Source of the DNA: a virus
Lineage: Duplodnaviria; Caudoviricetes
Strand: one strand, 5' to 3'
Length of the DNA stretch: 64,000 nucleotides
Virus record (IMG/VR): IMGVR_UViG_3300002597_000001
Location: 1-64,000 of that record
A program made the translations under genes and the position numbers. Shown piece after piece: positions 63,900 through 64,000 of this stretch (position 1 is its first letter; each line of letters starts with the position of its first letter). The notes beneath the pieces are model-generated. The model made no database searches. It saw nothing but the letters and a program-made list of their open reading frames with translations, and had not been told where the DNA came from.

Positions 63900-64000
63900 A
63901 TGCTTACGAATAAGTTCGAACTAATTCAAACAGCTGCGGTCAGAGCCAACTTCACCCAGGCCGCGATGAAGAAGGCGCTCGAAGCAATCATGTCTACCAT
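63900..64000 (+). CDS. HU-like DNA-binding protein (partial)
   Basis: MLTNKFELIQTAA....TQ......LEA; RBS AGGAGG. Confidence 0.55.
   Translation, partial: MLTNKFELIQTAAVRANFTQAAMKKALEAIMST

Noticed and set aside
1-64000. Stop-codon reassignment
   Set aside because: Long genes are intact in code 11; the breaks are explained by introns, an IS or homopolymer slips.

Overview
This window is 64 kb of a large SPbeta-like phage or prophage of a Bacillota host (probably Clostridia). No host chromosomal genes were recognised. The left arm (1-16.8 kb, minus strand) holds a morphogenesis operon: a capsid gene split by a group I intron, head protease/scaffold, portal, terminases, PhoH, ClpP and a metallophosphoesterase. 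It also holds a YonO-like single-subunit RNA polymerase and an SF2 helicase. A ~2.5 kb non-coding strand-switch region (16.8-19.3 kb) carries promoters, operators and candidate structured RNAs. The right arm (19.3-64 kb, plus strand) is a long array of small accessory genes. It includes a tyrosine recombinase, an ImmR/ImmA-like pair, a TnpB-only IS605-family element, MazF- and MrpR-like genes, tRNA-Leu, Sak, SSB, nrdH-nrdD (group I intron with HNH)-nrdG, dUTPase, primase-helicase and DnaE. The most striking unexplained structure is about 26 copies of a 16-bp imperfect palindrome, NNAAA-N6-TTTG(A/G), all in one orientation and nearly all at accessory gene junctions (stop codon / site / RBS). 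They surround a catalytically intact tyrosine recombinase, which suggests an integron-like gene-cassette system on a phage. All calls come from reading the sequence and recognising motifs; no searches were run.
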